A stretch of 64,000 nt of DNA from Bradymonadia bacterium. GTDB taxonomy: Bacteria; Myxococcota_A; Bradymonadia; UBA7976; UBA1532. Shown one piece after another: positions 26,083-35,262 of this stretch (the first letter of the stretch is position 1; every line of letters begins with the position of its first letter). The position numbers were made by a program, and so were the translations under genes. The stretch covers positions 192,001-256,000 of the forward strand of contig JBKAGE010000037.1 in the NCBI GenBank assembly GCA_046290225.1, read 5' to 3'. The notes beneath the pieces are model-generated. The model made no database searches and was not told where the DNA came from. It saw only the letters and a list, made by a program, of their open reading frames with translations.

Positions 26083-27069
26083 ATGCCTGGCACACTGCAC
26101 GAAGTCATCGTAGAGCTCTTCACCGAGCGCCCTCAACTCGCGACTCAACTCTGGCGAACAGCGGGTCTGCCAGCGCTGCCAGACCACGAAACAGTCGTCA
26201 GTAACAAGCTCAACCTCACCCAATCCACACCTGCCGCCTATGACGCTGACGAGATCACGCTGCTCACACGTGGCGACAGAGCTCAGATGGCCCTCATCAT
26301 CGAGGTCCAACTCGCCGTGGATCCGAGGAAGAGATACACATGGCCCTTCTACGCCGTCAGCGCCCGTGCACGGAAACATTGCCCTGCAGCAGTCCTCGTC
26401 ATCGCCCCAGATCCCAACGTGGCCCGCTGGGCTCGAACGCCAATACAGATCGATGATCTCAACGTCTACGTCCCCCGAGTCCTCGGGCCAGAGCAGATTC
26501 CCGTGATCTCTGATCCTCGGCGGGCTGTCACACATCCTGATTTGACCCTGCTCTCGATCATCATGCACGGGCAGACCGAGAGGGCCATCGAGCTCGTCGA
26601 ACCTGCTGTTGCCGTCGTGTCATCGCTCGACATGCGCAAGTCAGCTCTCTACACTGATATGGCCATGGCTCGCCTCTCTCAAGCAGCCAAGAAAGTGTTC
26701 TTCCAAATGCTGAGCAACATCAAAATCACTGAGCCCTTCTCAGAACACTACAAAGCACTTGTCGACAAAAAGGCCTCTGAACAAGCAGCTGAGATGGCTT
26801 CGGAGATGGCTTCAGAAATGGCTTCAGAAATGGCTTCAGAAATGGCCTCAGAAATGGCCTCAGAAATGGCCACCAAGATGGCCTCGGAACTCGCCCAGCA
26901 AGCACTCATTACTCAGGCCAGAACGACTCTCAAGAAGCAAATGAGGATCAAGTTTCAGGGTCTATCCGAAGCCCACGAGGCCATCATCGATGCAGCTGAG
27001 GCTGAACTGATCGATCAGGCTCTGGAGCGCATCCTCACCGCCAACATGCCTGACGAGGTCCTGAGCTGA
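26083..27069 (+). CDS. Rpn-like PD-(D/E)XK nuclease family protein with DUF4351-like C-terminus
   Basis: GGAGG RBS; LHEVIVELF, ADEI...IIEVQLAVDPRKRYTWPFY, VLGPEQIP; C-terminal LKKQMRIKF...IDAAEAELIDQALERILTA; lower GC than neighbours. Confidence 0.75.
   Translation: MPGTLHEVIVELFTERPQLATQLWRTAGLPALPDHETVVSNKLNLTQSTPAAYDADEITLLTRGDRAQMALIIEVQLAVDPRKRYTWPFYAVSARARKHCPAAVLVIAPDPNVARWARTPIQIDDLNVYVPRVLGPEQIPVISDPRRAVTHPDLTLLSIIMHGQTERAIELVEPAVAVVSSLDMRKSALYTDMAMARLSQAAKKVFFQMLSNIKITEPFSEHYKALVDKKASEQAAEMASEMASEMASEMASEMASEMASEMATKMASELAQQALITQARTTLKKQMRIKFQGLSEAHEAIIDAAEAELIDQALERILTANMPDEVLS
26791..26886 (+). repeat. Eight tandem 12-bp units (consensus GARATGGCYTCR) encoding EMAS repeats
   Basis: gagatggcttcg gagatggcttca gaaatggcttca x2 gaaatggcctca x2 gaaatggccacc aagatggcctcg. 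Confidence 0.95.
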
Positions 27070-27124
27070 CGCTCCACGTTCTGCCTACTGGCAAAACGTC
27101 AAGGGTGACCAACCCGCGGCCAGC

Positions 27125-27940
27125 TCAGCCCCTCAACCCGCAGACCAGCACCTGGGACTCTGCATCTTTCGTCAGATCGTCGCCCTCGAAATCGCCGTAG
27201 TGCATCAAGATCTCGAAGCCGTTGTAGTGCAGCATCGACACCAGCTCCGTGGGAAACCAGTAGCGGTGGGTGAGCTGCAGCATGAAGTGCGGCGGGGCTT
27301 TGGCGGCTTCGGGGCGCTCGTCGCTCTTGTCATAGAGGAACTGCATGTGATGCAGGCCCGTGGTGGCGTCAAAGGCCGCCTGCTCCGAGTAGACATAGAA
27401 CGCCTCGTGGGTCGGGTGCTTGAACCGGATGCCCTGCTTGCGCTTGAAGGCTGGCTCCGCGAGGTACTCCATATCGGGCATCAGCACATCGAGCAGGAAC
27501 ACCCCACCAGGCTCGAGATGATCTCGCACACAGGCCAGACACTGCTCGGCATCTTCTCGGGTGTAGAGATGCTGGAACGCGTTGAAGGGGCAGCTGATGG
27601 TGGCGTACTTCTGATCGAGGGCGAAGTGCCGCATGTCGGCGCGGAAAGCCCTCAAGTGAGGTCGCCGCGCCTTGGGCAGGCGCATGCGGCGCGCCTCGAG
27701 TCGCTCCAGCATCTTCTGGGCAAGGTCGAGCCCCGTCACGTCTGCCCCGGCCTTCACCGCTGGCAGGGCCACTCGACCCGTACCCACGCCCAGCTCCAGG
27801 ACCGGGCCATCAGCGTCCAGATAACGGTCGACGTACCAGCGCACGTCTTCTGTGCGGCTCTTGTATTCGTAGTCGTAGTAAATCGGATCGACATACAGCG
27901 AGACAGTGCCCGCTTCGAGATCGAACTGCGGATGCTTCAC
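27125..27940 (-). CDS. Class I SAM-dependent methyltransferase
   Basis: VLELGVGTGRV, TGLDLA, ADMRHF, HLEPGGVFLLD, YGDF. Confidence 0.9.
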   Translation of the reverse strand: MKHPQFDLEAGTVSLYVDPIYYDYEYKSRTEDVRWYVDRYLDADGPVLELGVGTGRVALPAVKAGADVTGLDLAQKMLERLEARRMRLPKARRPHLRAFRADMRHFALDQKYATISCPFNAFQHLYTREDAEQCLACVRDHLEPGGVFLLDVLMPDMEYLAEPAFKRKQGIRFKHPTHEAFYVYSEQAAFDATTGLHHMQFLYDKSDERPEAAKAPPHFMLQLTHRYWFPTELVSMLHYNGFEILMHYGDFEGDDLTKDAESQVLVCGLRG

Positions 27941-27950
27941 GACACCTCGC

Positions 27951-29060
27951 TCACGTGTTGCGTACAGATTCGGTCAGGACCTGCTCTGGTGGCAGCCTGA
28001 AGTGAAAGGTTGAGCCTTCACCTTCGACGGACTCGGCCCAGACCCGACCCCCGTGACGCTCGGCGATGCGGCGTACGATGGCCAGGCCAAGGCCCGAGCC
28101 TTCTACAGATCGATGATGTCCTCGATAGAACATGCCGAAGACCCGCTCCAGCTCGTCGCGGGGGATCCCACGACCGTTGTCGCGGATGGCGATGTGCGCC
28201 CCCGCCTCTGAAGACAGCGCCGTGATCTCCACCCAGCAGGGGGCCTCGGGGCGGCGGTACTTCACCGCGTTGCCGATCAGGTTCTCGAAGAGGTCAACCA
28301 GTCGATCGAAGTCACCGACCACCGTGGGCAACGACTCGCCGATCTCCACTGTGGCTCCCGCCTGACTGATCGCATCTTGAAGGTGACGCCGGGCCACCAC
28401 GAGCACCTCTCGGAGCGGGCATTGCTCCGCTCGCAGATCGATACGACCCACCTGCACCACACGAATCAAGTCACCCACCAGATCACTCAACCGCTCAGCG
28501 TTGATCTGCATGCGAGTGATCATGTGTCGGGCGTCTTCGCTCAACAGCGCTTCGTCTTCCAAAATCAGCGATGCGTAGCGGGTGATGGCCCTCAGAGGGC
28601 TCTTCATGTCGTGGGAGGCCGCAGAGATAAAGGCCTCGACCTCTTCTGCCCGACGGGCCGTGGCGCCGAGGGCTCGATCGCCCATGCTCCGCTTGAGGCG
28701 GGCCTCGAAGATCGACTCGGGGCCGTCAAGATCGAGCACCTCTCGAGCTCCAGCGTCGAGGGCCTCGGCCACCTGACTGTCCGTGGGGCTGTGGCACACG
28801 AGCACCACCGGCACATGGGCCTCATGGAACCGGCGGATCACCCCTGACAGGGCTTCACTCAACGTGCTCTGAGGTGTGGTGAACAGCCCGGTAGGGCCCA
28901 TGAAGACCCCGTCGAGGGTCGCAGACAAGGCGTGCCATCGAGCCCCCTCGGGGGGCTCTCCAGGGTTCGAGGCGACGATCTGTCGCGGATCATCGCCGAG
29001 CACCGACAGGATGCGTTTTTGCAGGGGGTCGGGCACCCCGTTCATCGCCCATCTGGCCAT
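27951..29060 (-). CDS. Cytoplasmic sensor histidine kinase (degenerate receiver-like N-terminus, HisKA, HATPase)
   Basis: ASHDMKSPL H-box; NLIGNAVKY, DNGRGI, GSGLGLAI, GSTF. Confidence 0.9.
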   Translation of the reverse strand: MARWAMNGVPDPLQKRILSVLGDDPRQIVASNPGEPPEGARWHALSATLDGVFMGPTGLFTTPQSTLSEALSGVIRRFHEAHVPVVLVCHSPTDSQVAEALDAGAREVLDLDGPESIFEARLKRSMGDRALGATARRAEEVEAFISAASHDMKSPLRAITRYASLILEDEALLSEDARHMITRMQINAERLSDLVGDLIRVVQVGRIDLRAEQCPLREVLVVARRHLQDAISQAGATVEIGESLPTVVGDFDRLVDLFENLIGNAVKYRRPEAPCWVEITALSSEAGAHIAIRDNGRGIPRDELERVFGMFYRGHHRSVEGSGLGLAIVRRIAERHGGRVWAESVEGEGSTFHFRLPPEQVLTESVRNT

Positions 29061-29100
29061 GCACGGCAGTGTAGCCCATCTCCGGGTCGGTGTCTCACCC

Positions 29101-30471
29101 TCAGGTGCGTACGACCTCGGCGATGGTGTGGAGGACCTGCTCCGCAGCGGAGTACATGCGCACAGCGTCGGAGATCAGGGCTGTGTGATGGTCGGTGAGG
29201 ACGGCCTCTGCGTCATACAGGCGCGCCTCAAGGCGACGGAGCGTGCCCTGGCCACTCACCCAGGGGCAATCATCCACCAGCGGATGCCACAGCTCGGCGC
29301 AGAAGCCTGCCGCATCTCTTACGGAGCGACGCCCTTGACGTACTGAGAGCAGGTCAGAGCTCGGCACTGGCCCCTGAGTCATCACCGAGGCCACCTGCCG
29401 CGCCGTGGTGGACAAGCGCTGCTGAGCCTCGGCGCTCAATCCGTGATGCGTGCTCCGAGACATGGATTGCAGACACCTGATCCAGGTGAGTCGATCTTCG
29501 GCGGGATCCCAGCTGCGCCGACGCAGCGCCCCGAGATGTCGTAGGGCCTCGTCGATGCGTTGCGCCTCGGCGTCGTACACCTTGACCAGCTGACGCTCCA
29601 GGGCGTCGACCCCCACCAGTCGCTCGAGGACCATGGGCCTCAAGCTGTCGGCTGTCTCTTCTCTTGGGATCCCCACAGCCTGACGCAGCTGGGCAACACC
29701 GGCTCGCCCATGACCGACGACGTCGGCAGGGCTGTGCACCCGCTTCACCCAGAGCGGACCAAGCTGCACATAGTGAAGATCCATGAAGGATGGCAGCCGC
29801 TGCCGAGCCCGCATGAAATGATGTGCCACCACCTGCTCAATGCGTCGGGTGAACCTCTGTACATCGAGATCGATGTCGATCTCTGCAGCCTGTTGGGTGG
29901 CGGCGTGCTCCACGGCCTCTGGAGACGGGGTGCTCAGCGCCGAGGGCCGCAGGGCGAGAGGCGTCGGCGGGCCCATGAGCGGATCCCATCCGCTGGCGTT
30001 CCAGCGGAGGGTCTGGTGCAGCCGATCGCGCTCGGCGTCGTCTTCTGCAGACTGCATGCCCCGCATCACCGCAGCACGAGCGCCATGAGAGTCGCCCTTC
30101 AACGCCCGCATCAACGCCACCAGATCATACGCAGGGTAGGCCTCGGTGATGCGCTCCGCGGCCTCCAGATCGAGGCGGGCCAGGCTCATCAGAGTCTGGC
30201 GCCGAGCATCGTCTTGATCTGCAGTGGCCTGGTGCGCCGCCATGAGGGCCTGGGTAGCATCTCGGGGCCATTCGATGGTGACAGGCTCCGTAAGGGGCGT
30301 GTGCCCCTCGGCGAGGTCGAGCTTGATCTCTGACCACTGCCGGCCGAAGACGGCTTCACAGGCTTCCTCGATGGCCGCCTGAGATGCAGCCCCTTCTCGC
30401 AGTGCTGCAGCGAGGACCAAACCGTAAGCTTGCTGCCACAGTGGGGTCATGCCCCCTTCGATCTGATGCAT
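29101..30471 (-). CDS. Hypothetical helical protein
   Basis: 456-aa ORF with GAGG RBS, co-oriented with neighbours; no motif recognised. Confidence 0.6.
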   Translation of the reverse strand: MHQIEGGMTPLWQQAYGLVLAAALREGAASQAAIEEACEAVFGRQWSEIKLDLAEGHTPLTEPVTIEWPRDATQALMAAHQATADQDDARRQTLMSLARLDLEAAERITEAYPAYDLVALMRALKGDSHGARAAVMRGMQSAEDDAERDRLHQTLRWNASGWDPLMGPPTPLALRPSALSTPSPEAVEHAATQQAAEIDIDLDVQRFTRRIEQVVAHHFMRARQRLPSFMDLHYVQLGPLWVKRVHSPADVVGHGRAGVAQLRQAVGIPREETADSLRPMVLERLVGVDALERQLVKVYDAEAQRIDEALRHLGALRRRSWDPAEDRLTWIRCLQSMSRSTHHGLSAEAQQRLSTTARQVASVMTQGPVPSSDLLSVRQGRRSVRDAAGFCAELWHPLVDDCPWVSGQGTLRRLEARLYDAEAVLTDHHTALISDAVRMYSAAEQVLHTIAEVVRT

Positions 30472-30599
30472 GTCGTGACCTCACGTGTGCGAGCCAAAGC
30501 GCCTCACTGAGGTACGGGCAAAACGGGGTGGGGGTTGAGTCGTGTCGGTGAGTCGGGTGAAGAGAGACCCGGCGGACATTCAGCTCAATGCATATGTGC

Positions 30600-31106
30600 T
30601 CAGCGAGTGTTCACTGGCAGTTCGTCGGTCTCGGCGACGAAGGGTTGCCCCTCTGTGACAACGTGGAGTGACTCGCTGAGCCGATCTCCTCGATAGGAGA
30701 TGTCGAACCAGAGTACGTACTCGGTCCCGGGGGTGAGCAACCCTGCATCGATCTGCAAGGTGCGAGTGCGGCGGCCCTCCACCAGGATCTCGGTCTTCTC
30801 GGGCTGCGGATCCCGCATACGCTCCTCGACCTCGGCGATCACCCGAGCATCGGCATCAACGAGCCGATACACCCAACGCACCTCTTCGATGCCCATGTCG
30901 TCACGGATGCCGAAGCCGTACCGATACTCGAAGTTGAGCGTCGCGGTGTTGTCGGCTGCGATGTCGAGGTTGGCGCTCGTCAAGAGATAGAGCGACTCGC
31001 GGAAGCCGTCTTCGATGCCGTCGTCGGCGAAGTCATCTACCCCGCAGCCTGTGGTGGCGAACGCGAAGAAGAGCAACATGATGAAGAGGTGGCGGCAGCA
31101 GGCCAT
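30600..31106 (-). CDS. Lipoprotein, hypothetical
   Basis: Hydrophobic signal with lipobox ATTGC; beta-rich acidic mature region. Confidence 0.7.
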   Translation of the reverse strand: MACCRHLFIMLLFFAFATTGCGVDDFADDGIEDGFRESLYLLTSANLDIAADNTATLNFEYRYGFGIRDDMGIEEVRWVYRLVDADARVIAEVEERMRDPQPEKTEILVEGRRTRTLQIDAGLLTPGTEYVLWFDISYRGDRLSESLHVVTEGQPFVAETDELPVNTR

Positions 31107-31305
31107 GATTTCTCGCTCCGAGATCGAACATGAGAAGAGGCGCGATCACGTGTCGCCTGCTTCACCATCTGGTCTACCTGAGAGCAGAGACTAGGTTCAA
31201 GCTGTGGGTCCAACCAGATCACATTCGAATGTGGACGACTTTTTTTGCCATGTGAGCCACCGCCGCTGTCTCACGGGGTAAACCCGAAGTGCGAAAGGGG
31301 AATTC

Positions 31306-31677
31306 ATGCGTAGAGGACGCCTTCGATTTTATGTCTGCACCGCCCTCACAGCCCTCGCGCTGAGCGCGTGCGACGCAGGAGACGCCACCCTCGAAGAGGT
31401 CGACCCGGAGGCGGCCCCGGCGAACCCCACATGGTCGAGCCACGTGGAGCGCATCATGGTGGTGCGCTGCACCGCCTGCCATGCCGAGGATGCCCAGTCT
31501 GGAGAAGCCGAAGGCTACGGCTACGAGACCTGCGAGAAGACGATCCGTAACTGGGAAGGCTTCGTGGAGACGGTCGTCGAAGAGAAGACAATGCCCCCAG
31601 GTGGCGCCGATCGCCTGACCTCTGCAGAGCTGCTCACCATGCAGCGCTGGTACGAGCAGGGGGCCCCCTGTGACTGA
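31306..31677 (+). CDS. Monoheme c-type cytochrome lipoprotein
   Basis: Lipobox LSAC; PTW...CTACH heme motif; distal MPP; W..QGAP end. Confidence 0.8.
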   Translation: MRRGRLRFYVCTALTALALSACDAGDATLEEVDPEAAPANPTWSSHVERIMVVRCTACHAEDAQSGEAEGYGYETCEKTIRNWEGFVETVVEEKTMPPGGADRLTSAELLTMQRWYEQGAPCD

Positions 31678-33100
31678 GAAGCCCTTCAAACACCTGCTCT
31701 TCTGGTTGCTCCTACTCTCCCCTGCCCTGGCGAGCGCGCTGCCCCTCTACACCGCTCGGGGTGGCCGCACATGCGACAACTGCCACAGCTTGCCCAACAC
31801 ATGGTTCGATCCGCCGGACTGGGCGGATCGCAAGTGCACCATGAGCTGCTCCGGCTGCCACGTGGATCCCGGTGGGGGCGGCATGCGCACCGTGAGCGGG
31901 CGCTACTACGGCAACGAGACCTTGCCCATGTTCGCGGTCGATGAGCGACCCCTCGTCGACCGGCAGCGGGACATGCTCGACTGGCTCAAGGGCGTGGAGC
32001 GCAAAGCCCCGGCGAGCCAGCCCTCTTCAGGGGCGCCCACCGTAGCCACAGAGCAGGTCGACCCACGCGGCCCCAACACGCCCACCCCCCTCGCTGGGCC
32101 GGCCTTCGGCACCCCGCTCTACCACCAGAGCAGCCACATGTCTTGGCTCGAAGGGCGCTATGGGGATCTCAAGGCCGATCCGCTCATCGCCTTTGGCGGT
32201 GACGCCCGCCTCGGGGCGTGGCTCGCGGGGCCGCTCATCTTCCCCATGCAAGGCGATCTCTACACCTCGGTGCAGCCCATCGAGCACCTCACCCTCTCGG
32301 CCTCGGCGGGCATCCGCGGCCGCAGCAGGAGCATCGACCTCGACGGCGGCGGCGTCGATGAGCAGGACCGCGTCGGCATACGCGATCTCTGGGTGATGAC
32401 CCACGAGTGGCCCTATCTGTCGTACGCCCGGGTGGGGCGGTTCCTGCCCATCTTCGGCACTCGGGTGGCCGATCACACGGCGTACATCCGACGCCCCTTC
32501 GGCCTGAGCCAGGAAGATCCAGCGAACCGCGTCGTGGGGGCCGAGCTGGGCTTCACGGCCAACTACCCCTACCTGCACGCCTCGGTCTTCAAGCCCAGCA
32601 GCGCTCAGGCGAGAGACCCATTTGCCACAGCCGACGGCTGGGGCACGGCAGTGAGCGCCGGCTGGCGCGACCTCGGATGGCAGATCGGCGCCAGCGGCAT
32701 GCTCAGACGCCGGCCCCTCGAAGGGGGCGGCGACACCACCGACGTGTCGCTGCAGTGGGGGTTCAACCCCTGGTTTTATTGGAAGGCTCTCCCGCTCACC
32801 TACCTCGGCGAGATCTCGGCGGGTCGACTACAACGCCCGCTGAGCGGCAAGGAGACCACCCAGACGGCGGCCTACCACCAGCTGGCCTGGACGGCCTTCA
32901 ACGGCATCGTGATTCGCGGCCGCTACGACTTCTGGGATCCGGATCGAGAGGTCAAGGAGGACCACATCCACCGCCCAGGGCTGGGCTTCGACCTGCACCC
33001 CTGGACCGGCCTCACCTTCTCTGCGGACTTCCGCGTGGGTCTGCCTGCAGGGGGCAACGCCAGCGGCGATCTCTTCCTCCAGCTGCATGGCTGGTTCTGA
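31670..33100 (+). CDS. Cytochrome c-porin fusion (Cyc2-like) with two CxxCH motifs
   Basis: Signal peptide; LPLYTARGGRTCDNCH and CTMSCSGCHVDPGGGG; amphipathic beta-strand C-terminal region ending LQLHGWF; 8-nt overlap with the cytochrome gene. Confidence 0.75.
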   Translation: MTEKPFKHLLFWLLLLSPALASALPLYTARGGRTCDNCHSLPNTWFDPPDWADRKCTMSCSGCHVDPGGGGMRTVSGRYYGNETLPMFAVDERPLVDRQRDMLDWLKGVERKAPASQPSSGAPTVATEQVDPRGPNTPTPLAGPAFGTPLYHQSSHMSWLEGRYGDLKADPLIAFGGDARLGAWLAGPLIFPMQGDLYTSVQPIEHLTLSASAGIRGRSRSIDLDGGGVDEQDRVGIRDLWVMTHEWPYLSYARVGRFLPIFGTRVADHTAYIRRPFGLSQEDPANRVVGAELGFTANYPYLHASVFKPSSAQARDPFATADGWGTAVSAGWRDLGWQIGASGMLRRRPLEGGGDTTDVSLQWGFNPWFYWKALPLTYLGEISAGRLQRPLSGKETTQTAAYHQLAWTAFNGIVIRGRYDFWDPDREVKEDHIHRPGLGFDLHPWTGLTFSADFRVGLPAGGNASGDLFLQLHGWF

Positions 33101-33272
33101 GCCACCAGCCTTCGAACAGGCCTCTTCTTGCCCGACCGCCTCATGACGTGGCAACGTCGCTCCGATACAGAGATTTTACCCTCGTTGGCGACCTCAAGGC
33201 GGGTTGCCGGCATCGTTCAAGACACTGCCTCGTCGCGCAGGCGCACGGCGGGGGCGCTCGAAAAAGGTTCAC

Positions 33273-33719
33273 ATGGGCATTCTCACCGAGAAGCTGCTGG
33301 CCGACGACACTCGGCCCACCGTGGTCAACGACTGTGTGCGGGTCATCGAAGACGAGGTGGCGAGCAAGAAAGGCGTGAGCGGGCTCGCCATCAAGGGGGC
33401 CTTCAAGGCCCTCAAGGCCATCAAGCCCGGCATGGTGCGCAACGCGGTCAACGGGCTGCTCGACGAGTTCGTCGAGAACCTCGACCCGTTCTACCAGCGC
33501 TTCGTCGACGCCGGGAAGCCCGGGGGCATCGAGTCGTACCTGGTGAAGCACGACGGCGAGGTCTCCGACGCGCTGCTGAGCATCACCGACGGCAAGGCCC
33601 GAACCACGAGCAACAAGACGCTCAAGAAGCTCTATGACAAGCTCCGCCCCCAGGGCAAAAAGCAGGTTCAGGCGGCCATGCCCCGCGTGGGCAAGATGCT
33701 CGCCAAGCACGGTCTCTGA
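33273..33719 (+). CDS. Conserved small helical protein (DUF6918-like)
   Basis: VVNDC...EVASKKGVSGLAIK...KPG...LDPFY...DALLSITD...YDKLRP; strongly biased codons. Confidence 0.7.
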   Translation: MGILTEKLLADDTRPTVVNDCVRVIEDEVASKKGVSGLAIKGAFKALKAIKPGMVRNAVNGLLDEFVENLDPFYQRFVDAGKPGGIESYLVKHDGEVSDALLSITDGKARTTSNKTLKKLYDKLRPQGKKQVQAAMPRVGKMLAKHGL

Positions 33720-33804
33720 GCACAGAGCCCAATGCCCACCCCCTGCCCGCCCGTTCGGTGCCGGTGCTTCATCATCATGTTCTAAACATTGAAAGTGTGA
33801 CGAC

Positions 33805-35262
33805 ATGTCAATCCAACCCACCGAGACGCGGCAGGCACCGGAAGACGGCCTGTCGTACTTCGCCCAGTTCGGGGTCGACGAGACCTTGTTCAGGGCTGCC
33901 TTCGACAAGGCCCTCGCCCGAGGAGGCGACTGGGCCGAGCTGTTCTTCGAGCACCGCATCACCCACAGCGTGGGCCTGGAAGACGGCTCGGTGAACCGGG
34001 CCTTCAGCTCGGTCACCCTCGGCTGCGGGGTGCGCGTGGTGCAGGGCGATCAGACCGGCTACGCCTACACCGAGGATCTCAGCCTCGAGAGCGTGGCCGC
34101 CGCCGCCGGCACCGCCGCCGTGGTGGCCAGCGGCCCCAGCCGGGACACCCCCACGGCCTACGCCGTGCAGGCCTTGCCGAACCGCTACCCCGTGCAGCAA
34201 GCCTGGGATCAGGTGGGCATCGCCGAGAAGATGCCCATCTTGACCCGCATCAACGAGCGGGCCTTTGCCCGTGACGCCCGCATCAGCAAGGTGCGGGTGA
34301 GCTTCGTCGACTCCGCGGGGGCCGTGCTCGTCGTCGAGTCCACGGGGCAGGTGAGCTTCGACCGCCAGCCCATGACCCGGGTGGGGGTGAGCTGCACCGC
34401 GGAGCAGGGCGACCAGCGTGAGAGCAACGGCTTCAACCTCGCGGGCCGTCAGGGCTTCGAGTTCTTCAGCGACGAGCGGGTCGATAACGCCGCCGACGAG
34501 GCCGTCGATCGCACGCTGTTCTTGTTCGACGCCACAACGGCCCCTGCTGGTGAGATGCCGGTGGTGCTTGCTGCCGGCTCTTCGGGCATCTTGCTGCACG
34601 AGGCCATCGGCCACGGCATGGAGGCCGATTTCAACCGCAAGGGCATCTCGGTCTACAGCGACAAGCTCAACCAGATCATCGCCCCCAAGGACGTGACCAT
34701 CGTGGACGACGGCACCCAGGCCCACAGCCGCGGCGCCATCAACGTCGACGATGAGGGGGTCGAGGCCCAGCGCACAGTGCTCGTGGAGAATGGCACCCTG
34801 GTCAGCTACATGCATGATCGCATCAGCGCCAAACACTACGGGGTGAAGCCCACCGGGAACGGCCGCCGCGAGAGCTTCCGCCACGCCCCGGTACCCCGCA
34901 TGCGCAACACGTACATGCTCCCCGGGCCACGTGATCCAGAGGAGATCATCAAGTCGGTGAAGCACGGGGTGTACGCCCAGACCTTCACCAACGGTCAGGT
35001 GATGATCGGCGCCGGTGATTTCACCTTCTACATCAAGACCGGATACATGATCGAAGATGGCAAACTGACCCGGCCGATCAAAGACACCAACATCATCGGG
35101 AATGGCCCCCAGTGCCTCGAGCGCACCGACATGGTGGGCAACGACTTCGCCTTCGATGACGGGGGCTGGACCTGCGGGAAGGACGGCCAGAGCGTGCCGG
35201 TGTCGCTGGGCATGCCCACTGTGCGTGTCTCGGCCATCACCGTCGGGGGGGTGAACTCATGA
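33805..35262 (+). CDS. tldD: TldD metalloprotease subunit
   Basis: GILLHEAIGHGMEAD, TGNGRRES, PRMRNTY, CGKDGQSVPV. Confidence 0.93.
   Translation: MSIQPTETRQAPEDGLSYFAQFGVDETLFRAAFDKALARGGDWAELFFEHRITHSVGLEDGSVNRAFSSVTLGCGVRVVQGDQTGYAYTEDLSLESVAAAAGTAAVVASGPSRDTPTAYAVQALPNRYPVQQAWDQVGIAEKMPILTRINERAFARDARISKVRVSFVDSAGAVLVVESTGQVSFDRQPMTRVGVSCTAEQGDQRESNGFNLAGRQGFEFFSDERVDNAADEAVDRTLFLFDATTAPAGEMPVVLAAGSSGILLHEAIGHGMEADFNRKGISVYSDKLNQIIAPKDVTIVDDGTQAHSRGAINVDDEGVEAQRTVLVENGTLVSYMHDRISAKHYGVKPTGNGRRESFRHAPVPRMRNTYMLPGPRDPEEIIKSVKHGVYAQTFTNGQVMIGAGDFTFYIKTGYMIEDGKLTRPIKDTNIIGNGPQCLERTDMVGNDFAFDDGGWTCGKDGQSVPVSLGMPTVRVSAITVGGVNS

Noticed and set aside
26791..26886. Tandem repeats considered as a CRISPR array
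   Set aside because: 12-bp head-to-tail coding units with no spacers and no cas genes; the DPF, DADLT and GGAGGM repeats are likewise coding.
26083..27069. Active transposon or IS around the Rpn-like gene
   Set aside because: No terminal inverted repeats or target duplication found; the 'transposase' label on this family is historical.
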